From IMG/VR virus record IMGVR_UViG_3300032225_001435, positions 1 to 39,491 of that record: a stretch of DNA of 39,491 nt, one strand, 5' to 3'. The notes under the pieces are model-generated. The model was not told the DNA's origin. It ran no database searches and worked only from the letters and a program-made list of their open reading frames with translations. Every line of letters begins with the position of its first letter. Within the stretch, counting starts at the first letter, position 1. A program made the translations under genes and the position numbers. Positions 20,251 through 29,821 of this stretch are shown here, piece after piece. The stretch comes from a virus. Its lineage: Duplodnaviria; Caudoviricetes.

Positions 20251-21554
20251 TAGATGCCTCCCTTGATAGTTCCTAGGGAGGTTTTAATTGCTGCAACCTG
20301 CGTTTGAACTGCTGCATATGAAGCTGCATTGAGCGGCGGAGCCGACGGATATCCAAGATTGCTTAAATGTGTTTCTTGCGCCATTGCGGACAATAATGTA
20401 TCCATTTGCTTCAATAATTTATCAAAAAGATCCAATAACTCTGCACTTGAGCCGCCAATGCCTACTTTACCCTTACTTAATTTAAGTGTAGCTCCCGAAC
20501 CTTTGATAGTCACACTCCCAGAGGAGGTTACTTCCCAGTTACCGCCTATCGTAACCTTGTCATCACCCTTAACCTTGACTTCGCTATTACCTAAAATCTC
20601 ATGGCTGTGGTTTCCACCAGTTTTATCAGTACGCTTACCTTTTGAGTTTATCTGGGTGTCTTTACGGGAACTTACAATTGCTGTTTGTTTTTTGCCATCA
20701 ATTGAAAAGAAGTCAGCTTTCGCCGCCTCATCCCCAGGATCTCCCACTGACGGTAAAGTTCCACCAACTTTATCTGTAGACTTAATATTATTGTTGCTAA
20801 TGTGGATTCTTTTCTTTTTGCGATCAATTTCAATTATCTGACCTTCAGAGTCACGAACACGGAATGTACCCTCTTTTAGGAATTCCAGAACAGTTCTCTC
20901 TTCTTCTTGCTTGGGGAATTCAACTGCATCACTCTTGGGTTCAGAGGCAGTAGTACTAGACTTGGCAGACAACCCGCCACCGGCTGAGGACTTTACTCCT
21001 GCTCCAGGCTTGGATTTGATCTTGGGCAAACCCTTGTGCATAAGAGTAAATTGACCGTCTTTGTCTACAGTAAATCTCATGCCATTGTATTGAAAAATTG
21101 CTTGCGGCTTAACATCGGAATGCTTTTCTCCGCCAAATTCATCAATTTGATTAGGATGTTGTGCATTGCCTATAATAACTGGCCTAGACATATCACCATT
21201 AATAAACGCTATATAGACCCTATCGCCAACTCTGGCATTATTCTTATCACTAGAATTAGTCAATCCAGTGCCGCCAGATCCTTTCCCTAAAGCTCCGGCA
21301 ATACCTGATCCTCCTTCTAAATTATCCTTAGAGGACTTGTGCCTAATTTGCATATAATCGGCTATGCCACCAAATATAGTGGACTCTACACAATTTGGAA
21401 CAAGAATTTCACCACCATTTCGCATAATTACTCTACACACATACCTGACCTGCTTAATTTTTTTAGCAGAATCCTTAGCATAATCATGGACTTCCATGAT
21501 TTCACCTTCCATTAGGTATGGCATATGAGTGTAATTTGAATCTGGTGTAAACAT
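20250..21554 (-). CDS. Baseplate central spike (gp5/gpV-like, 434 aa)
   Basis: OB-fold signature VGDRVYIAFINGDMSRPVIIG; 8-residue beta-helix repeats (TGGNHSHE ILGNSEVK VKGDDKVT IGGNWEVT); C-terminal ETH...SAPPLN. Confidence 0.8.
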   Translation of the reverse strand: MFTPDSNYTHMPYLMEGEIMEVHDYAKDSAKKIKQVRYVCRVIMRNGGEILVPNCVESTIFGGIADYMQIRHKSSKDNLEGGSGIAGALGKGSGGTGLTNSSDKNNARVGDRVYIAFINGDMSRPVIIGNAQHPNQIDEFGGEKHSDVKPQAIFQYNGMRFTVDKDGQFTLMHKGLPKIKSKPGAGVKSSAGGGLSAKSSTTASEPKSDAVEFPKQEEERTVLEFLKEGTFRVRDSEGQIIEIDRKKKRIHISNNNIKSTDKVGGTLPSVGDPGDEAAKADFFSIDGKKQTAIVSSRKDTQINSKGKRTDKTGGNHSHEILGNSEVKVKGDDKVTIGGNWEVTSSGSVTIKGSGATLKLSKGKVGIGGSSAELLDLFDKLLKQMDTLLSAMAQETHLSNLGYPSAPPLNAASYAAVQTQVAAIKTSLGTIKGGI

Positions 21555-21564
21555 CTAATTTATC

Positions 21565-23526
21565 CTATGATAACATGCCGCTAAATTTAGACTTTATAGA
21601 ATTTACAGCATTTTGACCTTTGCTCAGAAGCCCGTCCTTCAAATTATCAGGACCTTTCCCTGGTTCTGGCGAGGTATCCTCATTCAAATAACTGAATGAT
21701 TCTGGATTAATAAACTCTAATGATGCCTTATTACCATCAGGAGCTACCACAACTCTTGATAATTGAACTTGAGTTTCGGTTATATAAGTTCCGTTACCGT
21801 CAACTACAACACTAGCACTAATTGTTTCAATATGTCCAACTAAAACAAAATTACCGATCTGAAATTGAGCGTTAAATCCACAGGTAAGAGAGAAATTGTC
21901 GTCTCTGAGAATTAGGGTTGCGGAACCCATTCGATAATCATAGGAATGCCACGATTGAGCAATCAACTTCATCTTATCTACCCATTTAACAAACTCGAAT
22001 TTTTCAGTAATATTAATGGTATCCCCCGAAATTGCACCTTTTGCTTGGTCAATCTTGGAGGTAACATTATCAAGAGCTCCCTTTAAATTCTTGCCTACAT
22101 CCAATGTGCCTCCAACGACGCCACCCACAGCGCCTCCGCCGGTTTGCGCAGGGTTGCCTCCATTGTGGCCAAGAAAGTTGGATTCTATCGAGAATTCATA
22201 GCCACCGAAACGGTTCATTTCAGGTCTAAGCTGTATAGCTCCTCTGAATCTTGATACCGCTTCAGCCTGATTGGCGTTGCCGTCCATTTCATGAAAATCA
22301 ACCCTGATATAGTTAGGGCTATTAATCATGGTATTTGAGATGGAAAACCTGGATATATTGGCTGACGGTATATTGATTCTTGGCAAATTGTCGTACTTTG
22401 AGAATGAGCTAGTCTTTTGAACCGCATCTGGATCGGTCAAGGTTAATACATTTTTCTCAACAGTTTTCATTGAAAATGGCTTGTCCCTCATCATCATTAC
22501 TGGACGGGCACCAATAATACCATTATCACCCGCCTCATGGACAAAATCTGTGTAAAATTCATTTAATGACGGATCACAATAAGACTGGAGAAGCTGCCAT
22601 GCTGATGCGCCTGCTTGCAATATATATACCGCTCCAAGGACTGATGGTCTGTCGGATGGACTTCTATTGAAATTTTTCTGAAAATCATCTAAGGTCATGG
22701 AACTCTTACTAAAAACGCCATTCCAAGACCCATCATTAAGCATCGGCTTTGTTTGGACTCCTATAATGGTCTTCATGAACCCACTCGTAAAGGCTGCATT
22801 GGGCTTTGCACTAATACCCAAACGATTAAGCAGGCTTTGTGGAACTGAGGGCATCTTGACTGCCACCTCATAAAACTTTTCAAAAGCCTTGGTATCTATA
22901 CCATTCGGCTTATCATTTTGTTGAAGAGCTCCAATTACCGTTAGAACAAGAGCCGCTGTCTGAAATGGGTTAAATGACTGTTTAATTAATTCAGTAATAA
23001 CGCCAGGTTTGACTTCATCTTTTGTTGCAGCCTCTATTTTGGCAAAACCGTCTTTAAATTGGGCTGCTAGGGCTAGTGAGTCCAATCTGACCGGGATAGT
23101 TAGTGCATGAGACCATTCACGAGCTTGATACACGGTTGATCTAGAAATTAAACCCGTCTCTGCTTCTGTATTGTATGTTGTGCTTACGGTAGTTATCTGT
23201 CCGATAAACCTTGGTTTACTTGTCTCTGCAAAACCTCTTCCTTTAAGTTTTCCTTCCGTAAGTTTCTGATAAGAACTTATAACTATCCATGTACCGACTA
23301 CAGCTTCCTTGGGAGGACTTCCGACTATAGTAAATGTGCTTTTGGCATCTGGAGTCCCCTTGCCTCTTACAAAGTTCATTTGCTTGATGCCTTTGGCTAT
23401 CTTAACTCCCGGGGAAGCACCTTTTTTGCCGAAATCGTCATTGGATGGGTACGTCTCATGAAATGGGAATAATTCTACTTCCCACTTGAGAGATGTCGTA
23501 CTGTTTCCATTACGCGGAGCTGCCAT
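21565..23526 (-). CDS. Baseplate hub protein (gp27/gpD-like, 653 aa)
   Basis: Lies between tape measure and spike. FIG.IT.V, SAWQLLQSYCDPSLNEFYTD, MRDKPF and a C-terminal G.A.L....IE.IS pattern fit hub proteins. Confidence 0.65.
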   Translation of the reverse strand: MAAPRNGNSTTSLKWEVELFPFHETYPSNDDFGKKGASPGVKIAKGIKQMNFVRGKGTPDAKSTFTIVGSPPKEAVVGTWIVISSYQKLTEGKLKGRGFAETSKPRFIGQITTVSTTYNTEAETGLISRSTVYQAREWSHALTIPVRLDSLALAAQFKDGFAKIEAATKDEVKPGVITELIKQSFNPFQTAALVLTVIGALQQNDKPNGIDTKAFEKFYEVAVKMPSVPQSLLNRLGISAKPNAAFTSGFMKTIIGVQTKPMLNDGSWNGVFSKSSMTLDDFQKNFNRSPSDRPSVLGAVYILQAGASAWQLLQSYCDPSLNEFYTDFVHEAGDNGIIGARPVMMMRDKPFSMKTVEKNVLTLTDPDAVQKTSSFSKYDNLPRINIPSANISRFSISNTMINSPNYIRVDFHEMDGNANQAEAVSRFRGAIQLRPEMNRFGGYEFSIESNFLGHNGGNPAQTGGGAVGGVVGGTLDVGKNLKGALDNVTSKIDQAKGAISGDTINITEKFEFVKWVDKMKLIAQSWHSYDYRMGSATLILRDDNFSLTCGFNAQFQIGNFVLVGHIETISASVVVDGNGTYITETQVQLSRVVVAPDGNKASLEFINPESFSYLNEDTSPEPGKGPDNLKDGLLSKGQNAVNSIKSKFSGMLS

Positions 23527-23531
23527 GCTAC

Positions 23532-26500
23532 CTACTTCTTATTAAGTTGTCTTCTGATTTCCTCAGCCCGTGCATCAAATGTCTGTATGTCAGTTAAATT
23601 CGTTACATAAACTTGCTGAATGTTACTATTCTGCATTGCGGCAGCATAGTTCGTGTTTCTGATTATATCCATTCTGCTTAGATTTTTCAACTCTTTATCT
23701 GCTTCATTCTTGAACTCGGCGGTGCCGTTATTGTATGCATCCTCGGTTATTGCCTTACCAGCCAATTTACCGCTTTGAATTACCGAGGTCTGACCACCCA
23801 TTTCAAGCGACTTAAAGTACAGGTCTCTTTCTTCCTTCGTGACCGCTCCATTAACCCCTTTGGTGCCACCGCCAAACTTGTCATTTACCAAGGCTCCAGC
23901 CGTCAGGCTATCAAGGAATGCCTGTCTCTGCTGCTTTGCGACGTCAGTGAATGGGGAGTTTTGAACCTTTTTGTTTAATAAATTCTTTACATTGATATTA
24001 TTTGGGTTTTTTTCCTTCACTATCTCATTAAATGCTACAACTCCACCCTCAGCCTCAACTCCGGTCATTGTAGCTCCGGTCTCCATTGCAAAGCCTTGAT
24101 ATTTTTCCAGATATTCCTGAAGTGCCTTCTTGCCCTTTGGAGACTTATCTTTGGACAACTCAGATACCTTACTGGACACTTCATCCATATCCATGCCGGT
24201 CTTATTTCTGAAAGCGGCTTTAAATAACTCATTTTTCTCAGATCTGGCAAAAGTTAACGTTTTTGCCAACTCTTCCTTGCTTTTACCGCTAACTGACAGC
24301 ATAGCTTTGACATTTCGGCTAGTTACGTTACCTGACTTGAGTTGTTCTATGGCATCAGTTAATTCCAAATTACTCATTCCAGAGGCTAATGCACCACCCT
24401 GTCCAAGTCCCATACCCTGATTGTATAAGGCTGACATCCCGAGTATGCCTTGGGTGTTAGTAACTTGTTTAGTATAATTTGTGTAATTAGCAATACCTGT
24501 TGCAGCAAGTCTCATGGACTTCTCATCAGCAACGCCGCCTATCCCAAGTCCCGCTGAAGCTTCCCTTAAAGTTCCAGCCACTACGCCAACATTTGATACA
24601 TTGGCTTGCTCAGATAATCCAATTACTGTTTGAGCAAACTGCTGCGATGTTCGAGACTTATCGAAACCAGAGGCTACTGCATTTGCTAGTACGGTTTCTA
24701 GTTTGCCAGTATTGTCCTGACCGCCTGTAGCCCTATTAAGACCGGCCATGTTATTTATCATGGAGCCAAAGTCACCTAAGCCGGATCTGCCCAATTGAGT
24801 AAGTCTTTCAGTTTGACCTTCAGAGGCAACTCCCGATCCGCCAAGTACGTTTGTAACCTGATCTCTGTTACGGTTAAATTCAGATAAAGACATCTCAAGT
24901 CTTGCGTGAGTGGACATCTTACCTTGGGTTGCCTGAGTTTCATTGCTCTTATCGGCATTAGCCTTCATGGCATTCATATTGGCAAAAAACAGCTCAGACT
25001 TTGCTTTATAATTTTGTGAGGCGGCTGGGATCTCTGAATCATCAACCTTAGAACTATCTTGAGCTTTAGTTACTGGTGGTAAATACCCAAATCCCGCAGA
25101 GGCACCAAATCCCATATAAGGTGCCTTAGATGCTTTTTCATCTCTTTTTTGATGTCTATCGGTCGCAACAACTCTATCATTAGTATATTTTGCCACTTGC
25201 GCAGCCTGAAGATCTAACTGCCTTTCTTCTTGGTAGGCCGTCTTGTAAGCCAGTGGCATTTGCTTATCCAAAGCGGCTCTAGCAGCTCTAGCACCGCCTC
25301 TAGCTGCATATTCACCAACTAAAACAGCACCTTGCTGTTGCGATTCGATTGTATTAATTACTTCCTGATAGCCAGCCATCATGGGTCTTTGCCTTTGCAT
25401 TTCAGCATCTTGCAATCCCCTGGCAGTAGCGTACTGTTCGGCGTTATATTTAACAATCAACGCCTGTTGCTTCTGGGAACTTAACTGATCAAAACCTTCG
25501 CCATAGGCCATTCTTGCACCATACCCAACAGCACCCGTAGCAAGTTCACCCGTTAATTGTGAATAGGGACTGCCCGTAAACGAAGAGATAAGGTCTTTCC
25601 CGCCACCCATGACTGTAGCTATACCGTTCATGGCGAGACCAGCACCAAATACCGCTCCAAAGCCAGTACCCATAGTTAATGCAGCACCGCCCAATTGTAG
25701 TGCACCCATGCCTATTTGGCCAATTGCACCCCACTTAGCTGCATTCCTTTCCTGCCTCAGAAGATCCACTTCCATGCTTTGTTTTTCGCCAGCAAGGGAC
25801 ATGGCTCTTTCAAAACCCGAGGCTCCAAGGAACTGGGACTTCTTGCCTAAAAGATCATCACCACGATACCTAAACATATTCTCGACACTGGTCATGTCTT
25901 TTGAAGCAACTGTATCCCTGAATTTTTGTTCAGCGAATTGTCCAGTTGCCATTAACTTCTCTATTTCACCGCCAACAACGGCTCGGCCAACGCCTATTGA
26001 GAATTGTTGTGCAAACTGAGCACCTGCAACTCCAGCGCCAGCAACAGCCATAACGGCCTTACCGATACTGACCGCTCTGGAGGGTGGCAATCCTCCAATG
26101 GTATCTTCACGCTGACCGCCGCCATCTCCACCTCCGCCCTTAAGGCCACGAGAACCTCTTTCAGCATCTTTAGATTGCTGTAGGGTATCATCAAGTCCAG
26201 CCATGGCTTGGATAAGTCTTTCAGTGGCCTCAACTTGCTTCTTTGGATCTTCTTTAGTTAGCGGATCATTATAAGCACTTACAGCTTTAGTAAACTCGGA
26301 TTGGGCATCCTTTAGGGACTTGGCTACGTCTTTAAGAACTCCTGCGGCGATTGCGCTGTTCTTATCTCCGCTTCCTTCAAGACCCTTAATGGTCTGTTCA
26401 ATTCTTTTTAAGTCACCGTCCTTGCCTGCAACTCCAGCACTTCTGATAAGCATTCCTGGCAAATCAGCCATGGAGTAACCGAGGGCTGAAAACTTCATGG

Positions 26501-27011
26501 CCGTGCCGGTATTAAAACTGGCTGGAGCCTTTTCCGCCTGAGCCTGAGCTTCCCTTACCTGGTTGGCAATATCTTCGCCAGCCGCCTTTCTTGGCTGATT
26601 GGCTTCAATCTCCCTGGATTTTCTTTTAAGTTCTGCCTGCTCGGAATAGATACCGCCAAGATCCTTAACGAATGTACCAGTAGATCCTGGAACTCTATAT
26701 TTACCGGCGGCAAACTGGACAGCACCTGGATGAGCTCTGTGGAAGTCATTGATTTGCTGTTGATTTTCCATCATCCTGGCTTTTATTGAGCCAAGCTGAT
26801 CTATATTGGAGCCTTGAGCCTGACTTGCCTGTCCAGGCATGCCAAGATTGGCCTGGTTGACACCAGTCATGGCCTGTTGAGCAATATTACCAAAACGGGA
26901 AGAGGTACTCAGGATGTCCTGCATGACCTGACCGAATGCCTGAGCGGCACTCTTAAGTTCCTCGATTTGCTTTATTGATGAGCTGAAATCTAAATTAATC
27001 TTACCGGACAT
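23532..27011 (-). CDS. Tail tape measure protein (1159 aa)
   Basis: Long Ala/Gly/Gln/Lys-rich helical protein with hydrophobic Gly-rich stretches, directly upstream of the hub gene. Confidence 0.75.
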   Translation of the reverse strand: MSGKINLDFSSSIKQIEELKSAAQAFGQVMQDILSTSSRFGNIAQQAMTGVNQANLGMPGQASQAQGSNIDQLGSIKARMMENQQQINDFHRAHPGAVQFAAGKYRVPGSTGTFVKDLGGIYSEQAELKRKSREIEANQPRKAAGEDIANQVREAQAQAEKAPASFNTGTAMKFSALGYSMADLPGMLIRSAGVAGKDGDLKRIEQTIKGLEGSGDKNSAIAAGVLKDVAKSLKDAQSEFTKAVSAYNDPLTKEDPKKQVEATERLIQAMAGLDDTLQQSKDAERGSRGLKGGGGDGGGQREDTIGGLPPSRAVSIGKAVMAVAGAGVAGAQFAQQFSIGVGRAVVGGEIEKLMATGQFAEQKFRDTVASKDMTSVENMFRYRGDDLLGKKSQFLGASGFERAMSLAGEKQSMEVDLLRQERNAAKWGAIGQIGMGALQLGGAALTMGTGFGAVFGAGLAMNGIATVMGGGKDLISSFTGSPYSQLTGELATGAVGYGARMAYGEGFDQLSSQKQQALIVKYNAEQYATARGLQDAEMQRQRPMMAGYQEVINTIESQQQGAVLVGEYAARGGARAARAALDKQMPLAYKTAYQEERQLDLQAAQVAKYTNDRVVATDRHQKRDEKASKAPYMGFGASAGFGYLPPVTKAQDSSKVDDSEIPAASQNYKAKSELFFANMNAMKANADKSNETQATQGKMSTHARLEMSLSEFNRNRDQVTNVLGGSGVASEGQTERLTQLGRSGLGDFGSMINNMAGLNRATGGQDNTGKLETVLANAVASGFDKSRTSQQFAQTVIGLSEQANVSNVGVVAGTLREASAGLGIGGVADEKSMRLAATGIANYTNYTKQVTNTQGILGMSALYNQGMGLGQGGALASGMSNLELTDAIEQLKSGNVTSRNVKAMLSVSGKSKEELAKTLTFARSEKNELFKAAFRNKTGMDMDEVSSKVSELSKDKSPKGKKALQEYLEKYQGFAMETGATMTGVEAEGGVVAFNEIVKEKNPNNINVKNLLNKKVQNSPFTDVAKQQRQAFLDSLTAGALVNDKFGGGTKGVNGAVTKEERDLYFKSLEMGGQTSVIQSGKLAGKAITEDAYNNGTAEFKNEADKELKNLSRMDIIRNTNYAAAMQNSNIQQVYVTNLTDIQTFDARAEEIRRQLNKK

Positions 27012-27043
27012 CTAAAAACCTCAATAGTTTCACGACTATAGGT

Positions 27044-27052
27044 ATTTTATCA
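27044..27052 (-). promoter_or_regulatory. TGATAAAAT extended -10 / putative late promoter for the tape-measure operon
   Basis: Shared 9-mer about 33 nt upstream of ATG 27011; no good -35. Confidence 0.55.
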
Positions 27053-27232
27053 CTTACCCCTATATGCTCGCCACACTTTATAGAAAATAAACGAGTAAAT
27101 GGGGAGGAGAATGGGCAGAAATATAATAAACCAATAGGACGCCAACTTTAGCGTAAGCTGAAACAATACAGACAGGTGATGAACACCGGCACTAAAGTAA
27201 TAAATGTAAAAATCCAGCAATTCGCCGATCAC
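27050..27232 (-). CDS. Small hydrophobic membrane protein (60 aa)
   Basis: ORF track; hydrophobic segment YWFIIFLPILLPIYSFIFY followed by basic residues; weak RBS. Confidence 0.5.
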   Translation of the reverse strand: MIGELLDFYIYYFSAGVHHLSVLFQLTLKLASYWFIIFLPILLPIYSFIFYKVWRAYRGK

Positions 27233-27260
27233 GGATAACCCACTTATTTAATTAGAGTTG

Positions 27261-27965
27261 TTAGCCACGACGCCTAAGCATAAGCTTTTCAACGTCATGA
27301 ATCACATTCTCTCTCTTAATCGCCATCCAGTCAATCGGTTTTTGCTTCATAAACCGCAGTGATCTGTCAATTTCGGTAAAAAAGTCACTTCCATAGAAGT
27401 AATCCTGCTTAAATCTATGCACAGGAATCATTAAATTCTTACATTTCCCGTCATAATCAACATAAGCAAATACTATAGGCTTCTTTGAATACATTTCTTG
27501 TAATATTATCAGCAACTTATCGGTAATTTCTCGGCATTTCTCGTTATACACGCCATACTGACTAGAACTCGACACTGGAATTGAGTTAATCATTAGAACA
27601 CCTTGCCTTACCCAAGGCCTCATGGTGTAATCAAACTTATCTATTTGGGCATTATACTCAAGTGACAACTCATAAACAGCCTTAACGGCCATGGAATCAC
27701 CACCTCTAAGTCCACCCATGTATATCCCATTACTGTTAAAGCTGGAAGGCTCAATGGCAGGTCCGACAATAACAACCCTAAGATCATTAAACGGACAAAG
27801 CAAGAAAGGTGCTACCAAATCATAAGGATTTAGCGGCACCAAACTTTTCTTCTTATACTCTTTTTCCATGAGAAACAAAAAATCAGCAAATCCAACCTTG
27901 TCAAGAACCTCTTTCCACTCGGGAGAGATGTTATCGACATAGTATTGAATCAGCCTACTACTCAC
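27261..27965 (-). CDS. Family-1 uracil-DNA glycosylase homologue with degenerate catalytic motifs (234 aa)
   Basis: Collinear with Ung: W...L, PF..CP.NDLRVVIVG, WVRQGVLMINS, TDKLL, IVF, FYGSDFF..I...L......PIDW. GQDPYH is replaced by GPAIEP and HPSPLS is absent. Confidence 0.8.
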   Translation of the reverse strand: MSSRLIQYYVDNISPEWKEVLDKVGFADFLFLMEKEYKKKSLVPLNPYDLVAPFLLCPFNDLRVVIVGPAIEPSSFNSNGIYMGGLRGGDSMAVKAVYELSLEYNAQIDKFDYTMRPWVRQGVLMINSIPVSSSSQYGVYNEKCREITDKLLIILQEMYSKKPIVFAYVDYDGKCKNLMIPVHRFKQDYFYGSDFFTEIDRSLRFMKQKPIDWMAIKRENVIHDVEKLMLRRRG

Positions 27966-28131
27966 TCTTACTCCAATGCTTCCTGGGTATAACCTTCAAT
28001 TCAGATCTCTTCTCGGCAGATTCCTTATTAAATTTAGCCCTTTGCTCTTTCTTTATTAATTTCAGTATCTTATCTATTCTATTAAGACCCTCGGCAACTG
28101 TGCGATCGGAAGATATTTTGGTTACTGACAT
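27958..28131 (-). CDS. 57-aa basic hypothetical protein MSVTKISSDRTVAEGLNRIDKILKLIKKEQRAK...
   Basis: Translated by hand. ATG 2 nt after the upstream stop, AAAGGGAAG RBS; overlaps the start of the UNG-like gene. Confidence 0.65.
   Translation of the reverse strand: MSVTKISSDRTVAEGLNRIDKILKLIKKEQRAKFNKESAEKRSELKVIPRKHWSKSE
28010..28036 (-). promoter_or_regulatory. Possible internal sigma28-type promoter TAAA-N15-GCCGAGAA
   Basis: One mismatch to TAAA-N15-GCCGATAA, 45 nt upstream of the UNG-like start, but lies inside a CDS. Confidence 0.3.
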
Positions 28132-28133
28132 GA

Positions 28134-28904
28134 CTACTTCCCTTTCTTTGCCGATTTGGCTTTTCTAGCATTATTCTTTTGCTGAAGTCTATTATAGAAC
28201 TCTGGAGTTTGACGTAACTGTCTATTATTATTAAGTTTAGGCAATGGGAATGACAGGATTTCAATGTATTTAGTAAAAGACTCTTCGGGGAATGCAATGG
28301 TTGTACCCAACTCAATGGCCAACTTAAGACCGTCAACCTGGGTGAAGCGACTATTATCAACCTTGGACTCGATCATATCATTCAATAACATTTTTAAATC
28401 ATCTGGCAAATTACCAAGAACGCTATCAAAACTTTCTTTGTCAGACTCCTTAACATTTACATTAAGTCCGCCATCAATCTCTCCAGAAACGATTCTGTAA
28501 GCCAAAACCTGGCAAAGTTTAGTCTCATCAAGAAGTTTCAACTTCTCTTGGTCAATAGTTCTAACAAGCAATTCCTTAAGATGCGCAAACGTAAGCTCTC
28601 CTGGTTGTACCGTGACTACGGGAGTTTCTTCAATGCGCTTGCGCTGAGTCTCTAGTAGTTCATTACGCTCCTTGTCCTCAGACGTAAAAAGACCTTTCTT
28701 GACGGCTGCCTCAAAGGTCATAGTTGTACCGCCAGATCTATCAGAATTAGCAATTCTAACGTATTTTTGACCATCTGGGTTTTCTGTGGTAGTGCCACTT
28801 GGATGCAAGCTCTTATTCTTTAAAGCCTTTTTCCAAGAACTTGAAACTCCAGTAAGCTGAAGTGATAGTTCATTTAGTATATTAATCTGCTCTCTGTTAA
28901 ACAT
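28134..28904 (-). CDS. Hypothetical protein (256 aa) with basic C-terminus
   Basis: ORF track; AGGAG RBS; no family recognised. Confidence 0.7.
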   Translation of the reverse strand: MFNREQINILNELSLQLTGVSSSWKKALKNKSLHPSGTTTENPDGQKYVRIANSDRSGGTTMTFEAAVKKGLFTSEDKERNELLETQRKRIEETPVVTVQPGELTFAHLKELLVRTIDQEKLKLLDETKLCQVLAYRIVSGEIDGGLNVNVKESDKESFDSVLGNLPDDLKMLLNDMIESKVDNSRFTQVDGLKLAIELGTTIAFPEESFTKYIEILSFPLPKLNNNRQLRQTPEFYNRLQQKNNARKAKSAKKGK

Positions 28905-28912
28905 GTGAACTC

Positions 28913-29338
28913 CTAGTGCATTTGACTTCGGTCGATTTTAGGTGGAGCCTCTTTTTCATCTTCGTCATCATCTGAATCAGGGAGGGAATTGATCTTGAAG
29001 TTAACATCACCCTCATCTTCTGACTCATCTTCATCCTCAAACATCTCACTTTCATTAATAAATTCACCATCTTCGGTAATTTCATAATGACTCATGATTG
29101 TAAAACTACAGCAACTTCTAAGAAGACAAGCAACCCAAGCAGCTATGCCTGGGGGTGCAGATAATCGAAAGTGGAGATTATTACTATCACTCTCTTCGTT
29201 AGAATCTTTTAGAATGGCCAATTGGTATTTCTCATGAAAAATCAAGGCAACACCTTTGCCTTCAATCTTTCTAAAACTATTCTCGCCTAGTTGACTTTCT
29301 ATAACTTCTTTAACTTTTTCCCAATTGATTTTTTTCAC
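28913..29338 (-). CDS. Hypothetical protein (141 aa) with highly acidic C-terminal tail
   Basis: ORF track; AGGAGG RBS before GTG; tail EDEDESEDEGD...DSDDDEDEKE. Confidence 0.75.
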   Translation of the reverse strand: MKKINWEKVKEVIESQLGENSFRKIEGKGVALIFHEKYQLAILKDSNEESDSNNLHFRLSAPPGIAAWVACLLRSCCSFTIMSHYEITEDGEFINESEMFEDEDESEDEGDVNFKINSLPDSDDDEDEKEAPPKIDRSQMH

Positions 29339-29357
29339 GCAAAATCCTCCTGATAAC

Positions 29358-29384
29358 CTATCGGCACGATTGGAAAAAACTTTA
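29358..29384 (-). promoter_or_regulatory. sigma28/FliA-type promoter TAAAGTTT-N11-GCCGATAG
   Basis: 15 of 16 positions match the TAAAGTTT-N11-GCCGATAA consensus with exact spacing; intergenic, 20 nt upstream of GTG 29338. Confidence 0.8.
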
Positions 29385-29394
29385 ATTTTATTGA

Positions 29395-29757
29395 TTATTT
29401 TTTATCGGTATCCGATTCTTTTTTCGGCTCTTCTGGGTTCTGAATCTTCTTCAATGCTTCAGCAATAGCATACACTGGAGACTCATCCAATAGGGACAAA
29501 CCATCATCCTGCCACCAACTCTTAGCATCAGACTCTAAGTTAACGATATGCAAGGATAAAAAAGCCAAAGTCGTTAGAAACGCTCTAAACTCATAAGAAA
29601 CCTCAATACCAATCATGTACTTCTCAGCCAACTTAACGGCTTCAGCCTTTTCCCTATGCGTAAGAAACGGCTTAAGCTCAATCCTGCCGAAATATCTTTT
29701 TTTGGTTGATTCACCCTCAACGTCAATTTCAACCCATCGTGATTCTAAATTTAGCAT
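29395..29757 (-). CDS. Putative tail assembly chaperone (gpG-like, 120 aa)
   Basis: Y.G.I.LK...T..E..........Y..G........LA.L...IV......WW...L.D......I pattern of myovirus tail chaperones; between tube and tape measure genes; GGAGG RBS supports ATG 29757. Confidence 0.55.
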   Translation of the reverse strand: MLNLESRWVEIDVEGESTKKRYFGRIELKPFLTHREKAEAVKLAEKYMIGIEVSYEFRAFLTTLAFLSLHIVNLESDAKSWWQDDGLSLLDESPVYAIAEALKKIQNPEEPKKESDTDKK

Positions 29758-29788
29758 GTAAAAAACCTCCATTGCATGGCCATTTCAG

Positions 29789-29817
29789 ATAATACCAGAA
29801 TATACGCCTAAAGACAA
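29789..29817 (-). promoter_or_regulatory. sigma70-type promoter TTGTCT-N17-TATTAT with TGn extension
   Basis: Consensus-like hexamers, 17-bp spacer, intergenic. Confidence 0.55.
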
Positions 29818-29821
29818 GCGG

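Noticed and set aside
4058-26019. Numerous plus-strand and nested ORFs in the track (e.g. 14767-15258, 20329-20841, 25609-26019)
   Set aside because: They are antisense or out-of-frame shadows of long structural genes and have no recognisable motifs.
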